From Daphnia carinata (lineage: Eukaryota), in assembly GCF_022539665.2 (NCBI RefSeq), contig NC_081334.1, positions 2,232,001-2,296,000 on the forward strand: a DNA stretch of 64,000 bases, given 5' to 3'. The translations under genes and the position numbers were made by a program. The notes beneath the pieces are model-generated. The model saw only the letters and a list, made by a program, of their open reading frames with translations, was not told where the DNA came from and did not search any database. Below, piece after piece: positions 38,658 through 51,300 of the stretch (position 1 is its first letter; each line of letters begins with the position of its first letter).

Positions 38658-41600
38658 ATGCCAGCGTCCAGAGGACGGAGTAGTGGGAGGGGTATGGGTG
38701 ACACTGCTGCCAATGAAAGTCTAGCTCAGAGAAACCTGGTAGACATAAATGTGGCCACCGTTGAAGAGCTTTCCACCCTTGTAGGGGTAGGTCGCAGTAG
38801 AGCTGAAGCCATAGTGGAAACGAGAAATGTAAGTTAACTGTTTAACTAACACTATATTCAGTGCTGTTCTTTAGTCATTCTTTCTTGTTCCTAGTCTCTC
38901 GGAGGATTTACTTCCATTGAAGATCTGAGTCTGGCCCCTGGTGTGGGGACAAATCTGATTGAAGCCAATCGCCAGATTCTAACAGTTTCAGCTCCAGTTC
39001 AGTCATCTCAGGTTAATACTAGAAAAGCCAACACTCGGAACAGGTAAATTGAACAAAGCTTGCCACTTCTGTTGTTTTGCTCTGGGTGTACGATAACCTG
39101 ATTCATCATCTACTTAGTTTTGTACAAAGTTGCCTACTCATTGTTAACTCAAATTGGTTTATTTCTATATAACAAATTTTTTTGTCCCAGAAGTAGTGAT
39201 AATACAAGCGCTCAACCAACTCCGAGCACCACACCAGTGATATCTAGTTCAAGTGATACTGCGGCTGAAGATCAGCAAAACGACAGCGGAAGCAGCAGCA
39301 GCAACGAATGGGGTGCTTGTCGATTGAGGCAACGCCGGTCGACTAGCCGAATCAATCCGCTTCCAGTTGGTAAATCGGCTTCGCTTCGACAAACTCGGAG
39401 CAATGACAGTGCCATTCAGTCACCTTCACCTCTCCCCACGACTCCTACCTCGTCAACACCCGCCGCACCTGCCATCGATGCCAGCAATGTGCCCCTTAAA
39501 GAAGGATCACCCACATCGGAAAATGAAGATGTTGTCAGACCCGGAGCGGTAAGTCTTTGTGATATCATTGAATATGTAAACATGGTGTGCAATCAAAATC
39601 GTGTCTTAGACCAAACGGAAGTCGGAGTCAACAGTGGAAATGTCTGCCGAAGTAGCCACAGAGAAAAAGACATGTCGAAGGAGTGAAGGTGTAGATTCAT
39701 CTTCTTCCTCAGTCTACTGCCATGTTCACCGGAATCCAATCCCTTCGAAAGACAACCCTCCGCCAGGTTTTTGTCAATGGCTTCACACTTTCCAAGTATT
39801 GTTATGTTTTTTTATAATCACTTAACGAGTTTTGATGCTAAAAATCGTAATCTTTCTTAGTATTGGTCGAACGCTGAGCGTTTGTGTGCCATTGACCAGT
39901 TAATAGAACTGTGTGAGCCCACTCAGGTCCGTCATATGATGGCTGTGATTGAACCACAGTTCCAGCGCGACTTTATCTCGTTGCTGCCCAAAGAACTGGC
40001 CCTGTATGTGCTCAGTTTCCTCACGCCTCGCGACTTAACTCGCGCCGCACAAACCTGCCGTTGTTGGCGAGTCCTGGCTGAGGACAATCTCCTCTGGAGG
40101 GAAAAATGTCGTGAAGCAGGTATCGATGATGTTCGTGATACACTGAACAAACGACGTCTTCGTGGATCTTCCCATCACTCAAGTCTCAGTTGTGGTCTTT
40201 CTTCCCCCACTGGATCCAGCCAAAGCACTGCGCCAATTATCACTCCGTCGCCGTGGAAGGTGAATAATCCAGGATCATTGAGTTGGGAATCTGAATCAAA
40301 ACTTTTCTTTCAGGCGACTTATATGCGTCACCGGAATATCGAGTTGAATTGGCGAGTGAGGCCGATCCCACAGCCAAGGGTACTGAAGGGTCATGACGAT
40401 CACGTCATAACTTGTTTACAGTTTTGTGGCAACCGTATCGTTTCCGGATCGGATGACAACACGCTCAAAGTCTGGTCGGCGACTACCGGAAAGGTACCTA
40501 ATATGTGCCCTATCTATACACCATCAAATAACGAAAAAAATAATCGCGAACAAATTATTATGAGACCAACAAAATTCATTTATTCTTATTTCACATAACA
40601 GTGCCTGAGGACCTTGGTGGGTCACACTGGAGGCGTCTGGTCTTCTCAGATGCAAGGGAACATAATAGTGAGTGGAAGTACAGATCGAACCTTGAAAGTC
40701 TGGAACGCTGAATCTGGACAGTGTTTACACACATTATACGGCCACACATCTACAGTCCGTTGTATGCATTTACACGGAAACAAGTCAGTTTGTTTTTAAT
40801 TTTCCTCATTAAAGTTACAGTAGCTTTCGCCACTGTCAAACTAATTTAATAACATCAATACTCTTCTAGAGTGGTGAGTGGATCACGGGACGCCACGTTA
40901 CGTGTTTGGGACGTGGAGACAGGAGAGTGCTTGCACGTTCTTGTCGGCCACGTAGCCGCCGTTCGATGTGTGCAATATGACGGGCGCCTTGTCGTTAGTG
41001 GTGCCTATGACTATACTGTCAAAGTTTGGGATCCAGAGCGAGAGGAATGTCTTCACACTCTTCAGGGACACACCAATCGGGTCTACTCACTACAGGTAAG
41101 GAGATGTGAACGTTGCTATTTTGATTTTATTGATATCTAATGTCTATGGCAATTTGAAATTCAGTTTGACGGCATCCATGTAGTCAGCGGATCATTAGAT
41201 ACTAGCATTCGGGTGTGGGATGCGGAAACTGGAGCATGCAAGCACACATTAATGGGTCACCAGTCCCTCACGTCCGGAATGGAACTGCGCAATAACATCC
41301 TGGTCTCGGGGAATGCCGATTCCACCGTTAAAGTTTGGGATATAATCAGTGGCAAATGCCTTCAAACGCTTTCAGGTATAATGTTCTATTATGGAACGGG
41401 CTCATTGTGCAACTCATTAATGCCAACTGTTTTTTAGGAGCTAACAAGCACCAATCGGCTGTCACATGTCTTCAGTTCAATAATAAGTTTGTAATAACTT
41501 CGTCAGATGACGGAACTGTAAAGTTGTGGGATGTAAAAACAGGTATAATTTTAATGGTAAACATGTTTCGTTGTAACCAATTCGAAATTAATCGGATATT

Positions 41601-41786
41601 GTTTTTTTACACGCTACTCTAGGCGAATTCATCCGGAATTTGGTTTCTCTGGACAGTGGCGGCAGCGGAGGTGTCGTTTGGAGGATCAGAGCCGATGAAA
41701 CGCGTCTGGTCTGTGCTGTTGGAAGCCGTAATGGCACTGAAGAGACTAAGCTGCTCGTTCTCGATTTTGATATCGAAAGCAAGTGA
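38658..41786 (+). CDS. FBXW7: F-box/WD repeat protein 7 (archipelago) with an N-terminal tandem helix-hairpin-helix domain
   Basis: D-domain/F-box ([59 protein letters not shown]) and WD40 repeats ([86 protein letters not shown]). Upstream exons 38658-38828, 38895-39043, 39191-39548 and 39610-39795 are in frame. Stop TGA at 41784-41786. Confidence 0.96.
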
Positions 41787-44199
41787 TATTCGTCATCGCC
41801 AGTTCACCGTCTTACTCCCCCTCCTCACCGCCCTACTTACGTCGTTTTCGGTCCCGTTTTTCCGTCTTAATAAGGTTGCAAAGTCGCTCGTTCGGCGGAC
41901 TGAGGAACACAACACTTTTAATTAAAATAAAATACAAAAACAAACAACAGCAAAAAAGAAAAAAAAAAGGAATCCGAGGCTACGGAAAAGTTGAGTTGAT
42001 AGGCAACTCAACATTTTGGAATTCTTCTTGGCTATGGAATTTGTGTTCGTCAAACCACTTTTTCCAGTTTGTCGTTATCAGATCTTCCGGCGTCAGGAAC
42101 AGTCAACTGCAGTTACGTGCCAAGCATGATGACAACAATAAAACTGCCACGACACTCACAAGAGAAGGGAAAACAAGTCGGGTCTGCTCCGAGGCGCTTC
42201 AAATGGTAACGAACCCCGAAGAAGAGACTCGGAAAAGCCATGACACACAGGGCTTTATAACTTGTGATTTCTTGTGTCTTGTTGATTTATTCCCTCCCTT
42301 TTCACCCCCATCACCATCTTATTCGTAATTCATGATATGAAAGCATCTGTTGAGATCAACTCATCATCATTCATTAGTAGTCTCGTACACTTAAATCTGA
42401 TTAAAGAATTTAATTTATGTTCAGCTGTGTCCCGAAATTTAGTTTCATTTCCCACAAGACACTTCCACAATGGCTCGGCGCTTCTTTCCATGCCAAAATA
42501 CACATTATCAGATTTCAATTACTTTATTTCAAAGGTTGGTGCACTACAGCAGACCCGTTGGCGGCTCAATAGTATAAAAATTTGACAAAAACTCCAATGC
42601 TAACTGGGCAGCATTTTCTTTTATTTTTATTTTTTTTTTTTACCTTGCTGATGCCGCGGTGTTGACGATTCGGGGCAGTGACTTGCTAGTTGAAGTGCTG
42701 CGTAGATGTAATAATAGTGAAATTTGAAATTTTGCAAAAAATTAAAAAGTGGGAAGGATATTAGCCTTCCCACTTTAGTCAAAACCTACAAAAAAACTAC
42801 TTTTTGAAATTCGACTAAAATTACGCGGAACAATCAAAATTGAACGCAGATTTCGATCAAGTACTGGTTTTCCCGCCAAACCAGCGATTTTACCTATCTA
42901 ATTACAGGTACAGCAGAATCGCAACATCAGCGCCACCTGGTAACCATTAGGCACCAGCATTTTTTTTTCAAATCTGAGCAGATATAGCCCCGTTGATGCA
43001 ACAGATTTAACCAAAATATTTGGTATAGATAGACAAAAACAAAATCCACCATCGAAATCGAATTTTCGTTGTTTTCATGTTTTTCATTTTCTGCAAAACG
43101 ACGGATCATGGTTTTTATACGAAATGTGGCAGATGTGGATCGGTTAACATAGTTATGGGGTTATGGTTATGTCAACCTTTGGTTGGCAAAAGCAGAGCAG
43201 CTGACAATCTGTCGGGCGTACCGATGTGAGATGTCAGAAGCAGACTTCTAGTAACTCAGCATAACATAGTACCGTCTCCTCCATAATTTTAGACGACGTC
43301 TTGTACGTCTCATCAATTTGAATTCTACTCCAACTACTAGATTCATTCTTGCTCACAGATGTGAGCAATTAGCAAAGCAAGCGTTATGTGGATACGAATG
43401 GCTACACTAGATGGCGTCCGATGCCACGATAGGTGGCGTTTCCAGTCATACTACGCTCGGACGCCAGTAGATTCCAATATTAAAGTGTCTTGGAGGGTCA
43501 GCACACTAACAAGTCAGTTACAGTTACTTGAACAATCAGGCGTTGTAAAATGGCGTCAAATACCGGAATACTCTGCGTTTGAGTACTGAGGAGCCAATGG
43601 ACCGTACGACGCGCAGTTCCACAGGTTTCTACAGCAAGGTGACTACTCCTGGAATCTCCATGAGCTAATGTACTAGTTAAGTTTTCAACATGGCTTCTAT
43701 AGCTGCGGCGGACGTGGGCTTTTTGGTATGGAACATGCTGCTTTTACGTGAACGAACCTCGTCAAGGTAAGCAAATAGAAGCGCTGCATGGAGTGTATGA
43801 CGTTATTTAATCCATGTTTAAGTTAACAAACAAATCCAAGTTGAACTAATTCACTATATTCATATATCTAATTATATTTTTAAAATATTTTGTGAGATGT
43901 TGTCAGCCGTTAAATGAAGATTTCTTTTCACTATCTTAGGACTAAGAAGGGTTACAGGCAACAGGCAGTGAAGTGGCAAGACACTTGAATTATCAACATA
44001 ATAGTTTAGTAGGTTCAACTGATATTTTATCTAATTTTGTGCATTGATCATAACTTATTTTTTGTTGAAAACTAGGTTTCAGTGTTCAGGGGCAAGTCAC
44101 TGCTAACAAATTAAAGTAAGGCACAATTCAGAATCTTTGTTTTCTTAGTTACACATTCATTCACAGTGATGTTAAAGTAGAATAATGTTTACTTTATCA

Positions 44200-44800
44200 T
44201 TTTATACCAGATTGCTGTCAATCTTTGCTAGCTGATCATAAAATGTCATGTGACTACATAGTTTGGTTTGCCTGTTTCAAGAATTGATAGCCAAAAATTA
44301 TGCATTAGTTATAGGTAGTTATGGGTGCAAAGAAGCAACTTTTTTTTCTGACATCTACATCCTACATGCACATTAACATTGAAGGAAATGTCTTATTTAA
44401 GTAAAGAATAAAAACATTTACTTTTGCATTTTATTCCAGGTTGCTGTCAATCTGCTAGCTGATCGAATAAGATGTTGTGTGACTACATTGCTTGGTTTGC
44501 ATGTTCCATGAATTTTAAACAGAAAATGATGGTGAGGTTTTGGTGGAAGCAACATACTTGAAAGGTAACAGACAATATTCTTCCTGTAACATGTATGACT
44601 CATAAATGTGGTCTGTTTTCCCTAATGGCAAGTATGTCAAGTTTCATGATAATGAGAGTTGATAGGAAAAAGTTTTATTACTTGAAATGGTGATTAACAA
44701 GTTACTATTTTTGTACAAAATGAAGATAACCTATTCCAAGAATTTATAGTAGAAAATGATGCTGAGGTTTTGTGGAGAGCGACTTCCTTAAAAAGTATGT
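44200..44800 (+). repeat. Degenerate tandem duplication with ~230 bp period
   Basis: 44200-44285 ~ 44430-44514 (ttgctgtcaatc..gctagctgatc..tgtgactacat..ttggtttgc) and 44510-44570 ~ 44740-44800 (gaaaatgatg.tgaggtttt). Confidence 0.75.
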
Positions 44801-44889
44801 ATAAAAAAACAAAGGCAAATGGATTCCGGTAGTGTAAAAATTTCTTGCTTTCGTGCCCGTCTGATAGCGTGCATTTCAGTCGCCTTTAT

Positions 44890-45170
44890 TCCCGATAGAT
44901 GGCGTTGATGTCATGAATACGCTGAACGTTTCTGTTGTAGTCCAACAGATGGCACTGAACATTTCTGTTTAAAGATGGCACTGAACATTTCTGTTTAAAG
45001 ATGGCGCTAAACATTTCTGTCAAAAAGATAGCGCTAAACATCTCCATCGAAGACCGATAGATGGCGCTAAACATCTCCATCGAAGACCGATAGATGGCGC
45101 TAAACATCCCCGTTGAAGACCGATAGATGGCGCTGAAAATCTTCGTTGAAGACCGAAAGATGGCGTTGAA
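44890..45170 (+). repeat. Minisatellite of 28-bp and 33-bp units, each built around AGATGGC(G/A)C
   Basis: Units such as gatggcactgaacatttctgtttaaa and gatggcgctaaacatctccatcgaagaccgata; about 9 copies of the core. Confidence 0.9.
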
Positions 45171-47290
45171 CGTCTACTGAAGTTTGATATCTGACGTTGC
45201 CTGCTAGCGTAGATTAGCGATGTCTGTTTGTAACATTCTTCACTGTTTTTCATTAATTCAGGTATTTAATACCTTCGTGGTTAATTTTTATACTCGTATT
45301 TATAATTCGTAAGCAAGAGATTTTAGGTTTGTCGGATCCGAATATTTAAAACAAATGCAAAATATTTTTCCAGGGACTACCACTGGTTTTCTTCTGAAAT
45401 GGTGTGTGGAAGCCAATCAGGAATTGTAAGCCTTTGATTAATTTTATGGGTAACTGTTAACTTTTACAAAAAAAAATTTTATAAATTAAGCTGATGTTTG
45501 TTTAATTTTCTTGATATAGGTGAGATGAAGTTATATGATGAATTGGAAAAGGTATGGATAATTTCACTTCCACACATGTTGGTATTTTTATTTATTGAAT
45601 GAATTCCATGGTTGATCTTTTCTTGTAAAATCATTTCTTCTTGACTCTTCTAGTAAAACAAACAGACTACATGTGCAAATAATTATTGTAGGAAAAATCA
45701 CCACCTGTGCACAAGTATACAACCTTTTGTCTATCCTGTTGAGTTTCAGGTGCAATTAGTTGTTCAATGCTGTGGTGATGACACTTAAAACTGGCTGCCT
45801 AACATTCAAAAAATTGTTAAATTCCTTAAGGTGAGTTGTGGAATTGTAAGTTAATAGACTCCCATAGTAACTTAAATGAAATACTATTTCATAGGTTTAC
45901 CATTGTTTTGCTGCTAGGTCTGAAATATAAAGCTTTATTCAGGTAATCAATCTATAATACCATAAAATTTATTTCACAGCAATAAAGTGAGAAGTAATCA
46001 ACAAAAAATTTATCCCAGGCCCTTGTGATCTTAAATTTGATCTACTGGTCCTAGTAAAATTCACTTTGGGTTCTGAGAAGGCCAATAATTTTTAATCTGT
46101 GGATGTGTCTAAAGAAATTGCATTGGCGCTGCTGGTTGTCTAACTGGAATTTTAGTTCTTGAATGAGATTCAGGTTTGATGATGCAGGTGTTACATTAAT
46201 GAATTACGCTCTAATTCACTAACATTTCAAGGACCAATTTCTTCCTCTTAAAATTTACTTGTAAGTAAAAATGAAGCTTTTATATAATTATGTATTATCT
46301 GCGTAACTTTTTCCTATTCAATAGGAAAGGATTTTGTTCATTCTGGGAACGCATCTATCAACGAAGGAAGCTCCAATGGGACGTGTCGTATGTTGTACGT
46401 GTATATATCAAATATGTTATCATTTCCAGTTGTTTCACCCGAAGCTTCTCTCAGAAGAATATGCTAAGCAATCAATTCACGAGTCATTTAAGGTATGAAA
46501 TGTATATATGAATCAAGAGTTTTTATGCTTAATGGAGTTTTACTGTCTTATTATAGATTAATAATAAATTTTGACCTGAAAAAGTTCCTTGTTTGGGGCA
46601 ACGTACTGAATGAAGCATTATGATTAGATACACTACATGGAATTTCCATACTTTATTGACATTCTCATTTAAAAACGGTATTTAATATTTTAAAAAATTG
46701 AAGTGCATATCTGGGCTCCCTTCCTTTCCGTAGCCCCGTTTCCCCTTGACTCGTAATAAGCCCGTAGGGGGTCATGCCCCTACTGTACGGTATATATAAA
46801 AATAACATATACCGAGGTTTGGAGGGCTCTGGCCGGAAAGGGGACGTGGAGGTCCGCTTAGTCCGATGATGTGTTCACGGAGGGCGACGTGGCTACCCAC
46901 AAATCCGAACTAAAGGTTAATCGCTCCAGTAAAAATGTTCCAAATCTTCGGCTCTTCTTCCGGCTTCTCTTAGCCAATCACCGGGTAATCTCCCCGGTGG
47001 GTCAACAAGGCAGTGTCTCCCCCTGCCTGGGTTGACGGCAACTTTTGAAAGGGCTATTGTGCCTTTTTAAAGTTGCAAAAATAATTATAATGTGCAGAGA
47101 ATTGTTAATAAAATTTTGTTCTAAAATATTTTTTGCAAAATTTGTTACTTTCATTGTCTGTGTACGCTGTGTTCGGACATTACATTTATCAACCGTTTTT
47201 TTTTTAATTATCTTGCTCAATCAAATACCTCTCCTTTATTGCTTATGCCACCTTTGAATGTAAGTATTGTTTCCATCAGTTTATCATTTA

Positions 47291-47350
47291 TCTGGGATTT
47301 GAACCACAAACCTATAGCATTCCGGCACAGCGCGCTACCATTGCGCCATG
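47291..47350 (-). other. tRNA-like sequence (Pol III A/B boxes); probably a SINE head or tRNA pseudogene
   Basis: Minus strand reads TGGCGCAATGGTAGCGCG ... GGTTCAAATCCC; no convincing acceptor stem. Confidence 0.5.
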
Positions 47351-47451
47351 ACTGTCCTTACAAATATTAGTTTAGATTTTGATCCGTATGTTAAAATAAG
47401 TTCGTCATTAGGTTATTATGGAATGCCTATCATGTTAGTAACAAATTATAG

Positions 47452-47513
47452 ATGGCATAATGGCAAAGCTACTGGTTAGCATGCTAGAATACTTGGGTTC
47501 GATCCCCATACCA
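47452..47513 (+). other. tRNA-like sequence (Pol III A/B boxes); probably a SINE head or tRNA pseudogene
   Basis: TGGCATAATGG ... GGGTTCGATCCCC; degenerate cloverleaf. Confidence 0.45.
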
Positions 47514-48004
47514 GTCAATTAAACAACTAAATAAAAAAATGCAAAAAATAAATAATGTTACAAAGCATTTTATTTTCCCTCCTTCCACCCACAAATCCAC
47601 CACTATACATATTCCACATAATACAACATACAATACATACAAATACACTTAACTAACACGTTGGCTGCCACGCCACTACTATCTACTATAGCTACATCGC
47701 TATCTAAAGGATAGCGACCAAGGGGGACTGAGGACAGTCCGGGCTGAAACGGCGATGAGACCTTTACGGAAATGCACATCCCAGGTCTACATCGCCGTCT
47801 CGAACAAGGGATTCCCTATGGTGCATTGCCTATGGGCCATTCGGCCAATCTTGGGCAGTGGCGCTGCTCCACCCCATGGCAGATAGCCATGGAGCAGAAC
47901 AGCGCGGCCCGTCCCTGTCAAGCTACAAAAAAAAGGGGATAAAAGGTGGGTGGCAGCCAACGGGTTAGTTAACAATAAACATTGCAAAACACACACAATA
48001 CCAA

Positions 48005-48351
48005 AACGAAGAGGCGAAGACGCGGCGACCACGAAGCGAAGACGGGATGGCGGGCGAGGCGAAGGCGGGTCGACCACGAGGCGAAGAAGGGATGACCGGC
48101 GGGGCGAAGACATGGGCGACGGGCGAGGCGAAGACGCGGCGACTGGCGAGGCGACGGGCAAGGCGAAGACGCGGCGACTGGCGAGGCGAAGACGCGGCGA
48201 CTGGCGAGGCGACGGGCAAGGCGAAGACGCGGCGACTGGCGAGGCGACGGGCGAGGTGAAGACGGGCGTGGAGAAGAGGAAGAAGGCTTTGGCGACGGGC
48301 AAGGCGACGGGCGAGGTGAAGACGGGCGTGGAGAAGAGGAAGAAGGCTTTG
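48005..48351. repeat. GC-rich minisatellite (GGCGAGGCGAAGACGCGGCGACT units) plus a repeat with 60-bp period
   Basis: Repeats are directly visible; 48242-48291 is identical to 48302-48351. Confidence 0.9.
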
Positions 48352-51300
48352 TTCTGTATCGTAAATGTAAAGAAAAAGAATTACTTAGTGGGAAATAAAA
48401 GATTGCTGATGTAGCCAAATGTATGAAAGCAATTTGACTTACTTTTGTTGTCCAATGGCTAGAAATACTGTAGGGCCAGCAAATAGGCAGCAGACGGCAA
48501 AGAGTTGGCAGTCCTATGGTTGAATATTGAATTTATCAATCACACAAACTATACTAGGTATGAGAAAAGTTTACCAATGCCAATTTAAATTGTGTTGAAG
48601 TACATGTCTTTGTCTGTTGGTAGACAACTACCGAAATGGCTGTGGTTACAGTTGGCACTGCAGCATAAGACGAATTTGGTGCACCTGTTAGATTACAATT
48701 GACAGGAGACCATAAGCGGTTAAAGATTAGAAGAATAATATTATGGTATTCCTACGCATAGGATTTGCATCTTTGGTGACATTCCTCAACGGGAAGTATC
48801 CTTTACAAATGAAGTTTCATGAGCTAAACCTTAAAAGCAAATCCGTCAGTGAGATTCTGATAACAAAACATAAGTCTTATACCTCTCAATGAGCACCAGA
48901 ATAGTTTGATGAATGCAACATAATGGGTTGCGAATAGTTTTTTGGTTTGACAGCTGACATAGGTGATTACAAGACATGTAACACAAAAACCAAGCATTTT
49001 GTGGGCTTCACTTGCAAAACACACTCTAGGATGAAAACACACAGAACCACCATTAGATTTTCTTGAATTTTCCCTTGGAATACGACATACTTCACAAAAA
49101 CTTTCGAACACAGGTTTCACTACTCCCAGTCACCAAGTAAGCAGTGGCACAGCAGCGTCATCTTGTTTTCCAATTAATAACCGTAATATTCGTAAAAATT
49201 GAAAATCTTGTTTTTTCGAGACGGGAACGGCACTGATGTGAACTCTTTTAACAAACTTCTTGAGCGTGAATGACAAATATGGGGGGCCACCTCCCCCCCC
49301 CATATTTGTATCATTTCAATTTTATTTAAACAAATGCAGCGACCAAAATCATGAACAGCATTTTTATAATATAGCGATTTAACCTGTTTTTTTACTGTCT
49401 TTTATTTATTGATTCAAAAACCTAGATATTTCTAGGAAATACATAATTTGGGTTCACAATTCAACAAGAAGCTTGATTGCACTTCACATCTAGAAATTTC
49501 GCAACTTCACACATCTCTGGATTTCAAGCTATTAAACATTAATGCTGTCTGACAATACAGTTTTCTTTGTTGAACAACTGCAATATTATTTCGGCCATAT
49601 GTTTCACGGAAAAAATTCTCCACTGAGACAAGGACGTCGATTGAGCGTTGTCGTGTGCCTATTTCAGTTAAATGGATTACACCTTCATTTTTCTGCTCCG
49701 AATACATCATTTTTGCCTGGAATTTTGTTTTGAATGGTATAGTTAGAATACATTGCATTGTGTTCATTAGCTTAGATCACTTACTTTTTGTCATACGTTC
49801 TTTAATTGCGTGAGGCTGTGAAATCGTCGACAGGCGATATCTGAATGAGGAAGTCAGCAAAGAGATTGCAGACTCTTGAATAAACTCAATTCTGGGAATT
49901 ACGATTATATCGAATGCAAAATATTAATAGCTCACAGTAAAATGAACACTAAATGAATCTAATCAGCTTTACACTATCCAATTATAACGTTGAAAAGAAA
50001 AAAAAAAAAAAAAGCTATTTGTCCGCATAAAAGAACCAACGCAGACTGGAAGTTTAACAAAAATAAGGAAAAAAATTAATTACGCAAAAAAAGTTAATCA
50101 GTAGCGGTCCATCTATCAGCCACAGAATAACAGAAATGTGATTCAGCCCAATCTAGAAAGCAAAATATTTTTTTGTTTTGTTATTGAAGAATGTATGTGT
50201 TCACTACAAACAAAAATGAGTAGTTGAAATATCTACCATAAAATGCCACTTTGAATGGCTGATCCTCCGTCATACAATGTCCTTCCAAAAAGTTATCAAA
50301 CAGTTAAATTGTGTGTCATTGGCTGGCTGCTCTATGTGCTAATGAAAAAAAAATGTTGGGTAAACCCATTCAAAAATTCAACGTTAGACATATACTTCTT
50401 CTTAACCTCCTGATTTGATCATCCTTGAAAATGACTGCTGGACAGATTAGGAGGCATCCGTAACATTACATTAGCAACACAGTTTTACCCGGGAAATCCT
50501 AAAAGAGAGAAAAAGAACAATTAAACTGTGTTGCATTTTACTAATAAAAAAGAGTGAAATATTTTGATAGTACATCAAGTTTTATCCTACAGCTGATTAA
50601 TGGTAAGACAAATGTAATCATCACCCTTAGGGTAGACATTTTCCGAAGTCCTGTTCGCCATGTCCCTGCTTTCTTTCAGCAGCGTTCCACCTAAAATGGC
50701 AAATGTTTGATTAACGTTAGAAAATTAGATATCTCTGAAGAAATGCATTACCCTGTGTAACATACTTGACGATGATGGAGAATCCTTGTTCCATCATGCA
50801 ATAAGAAGCTATATGGCAGTTGCCAGAAAGCCTGGATGGAAAAATCTATTCATTAGATTAATATTGATGGAATTTTATTGTACCATTTGCCTTTCAATTT
50901 ATTCATTCGATGCATGTTTATGGGATTTATCGTACCATTTGCCTGTCAAGCATTTCCTACTGCATAGGTGTTCGGGAATAATCACGGCTGTACGAACTTT
51001 GTGCTACAACTTGAATATGGCTCGTTGTTGTATCTGCTGAGGGCTTACATTACCGAAGCTGACTCTTGCTCACAGTTGGGTAAATCTATTAGATGGATTA
51101 GAATTTTCATTGATGTGACATAAAGGATGTCATCTAAAATAATGGATGAGACGGCACTATATTATGTTGACTTTCTAGACTGCTTCTGCCACGGACAAAT
51201 CACACCTGCACGCTCGACAGATCGTCAGCTGTTGGTAGTGTAGGTAGATATAGTCATAATTAGTTAACCGATCCACATCTGCCATATTTCGAAATCATCG

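Noticed and set aside
38736..38987. Bacterial comEA contamination or chimeric assembly
   Set aside because: The domain is split by a canonical 66-nt GT-AG intron and is in frame with FBXW7; base composition matches the host.
41784..41875. Stop-codon readthrough extension of FBXW7
   Set aside because: The open stretch after TGA is short, the context is TGA-T rather than TGA-C, and there is no conservation evidence.
44890..45170. CRISPR-like repeat/spacer appearance of the 28-33 bp array
   Set aside because: Spacers are related to each other (tandem duplication), the context is eukaryotic, and there are no cas genes.
47291..47513. Functional tRNA genes
   Set aside because: A and B boxes are present but acceptor and anticodon stems do not pair properly; kept only as tRNA-like.
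50200..51050. KDZ/Zisupton-like transposase remnant on the minus strand
   Set aside because: Only a vague resemblance (TVLLM*CYGCLL vs YDxxC); frames are interrupted by stops and no catalytic motifs could be confirmed.
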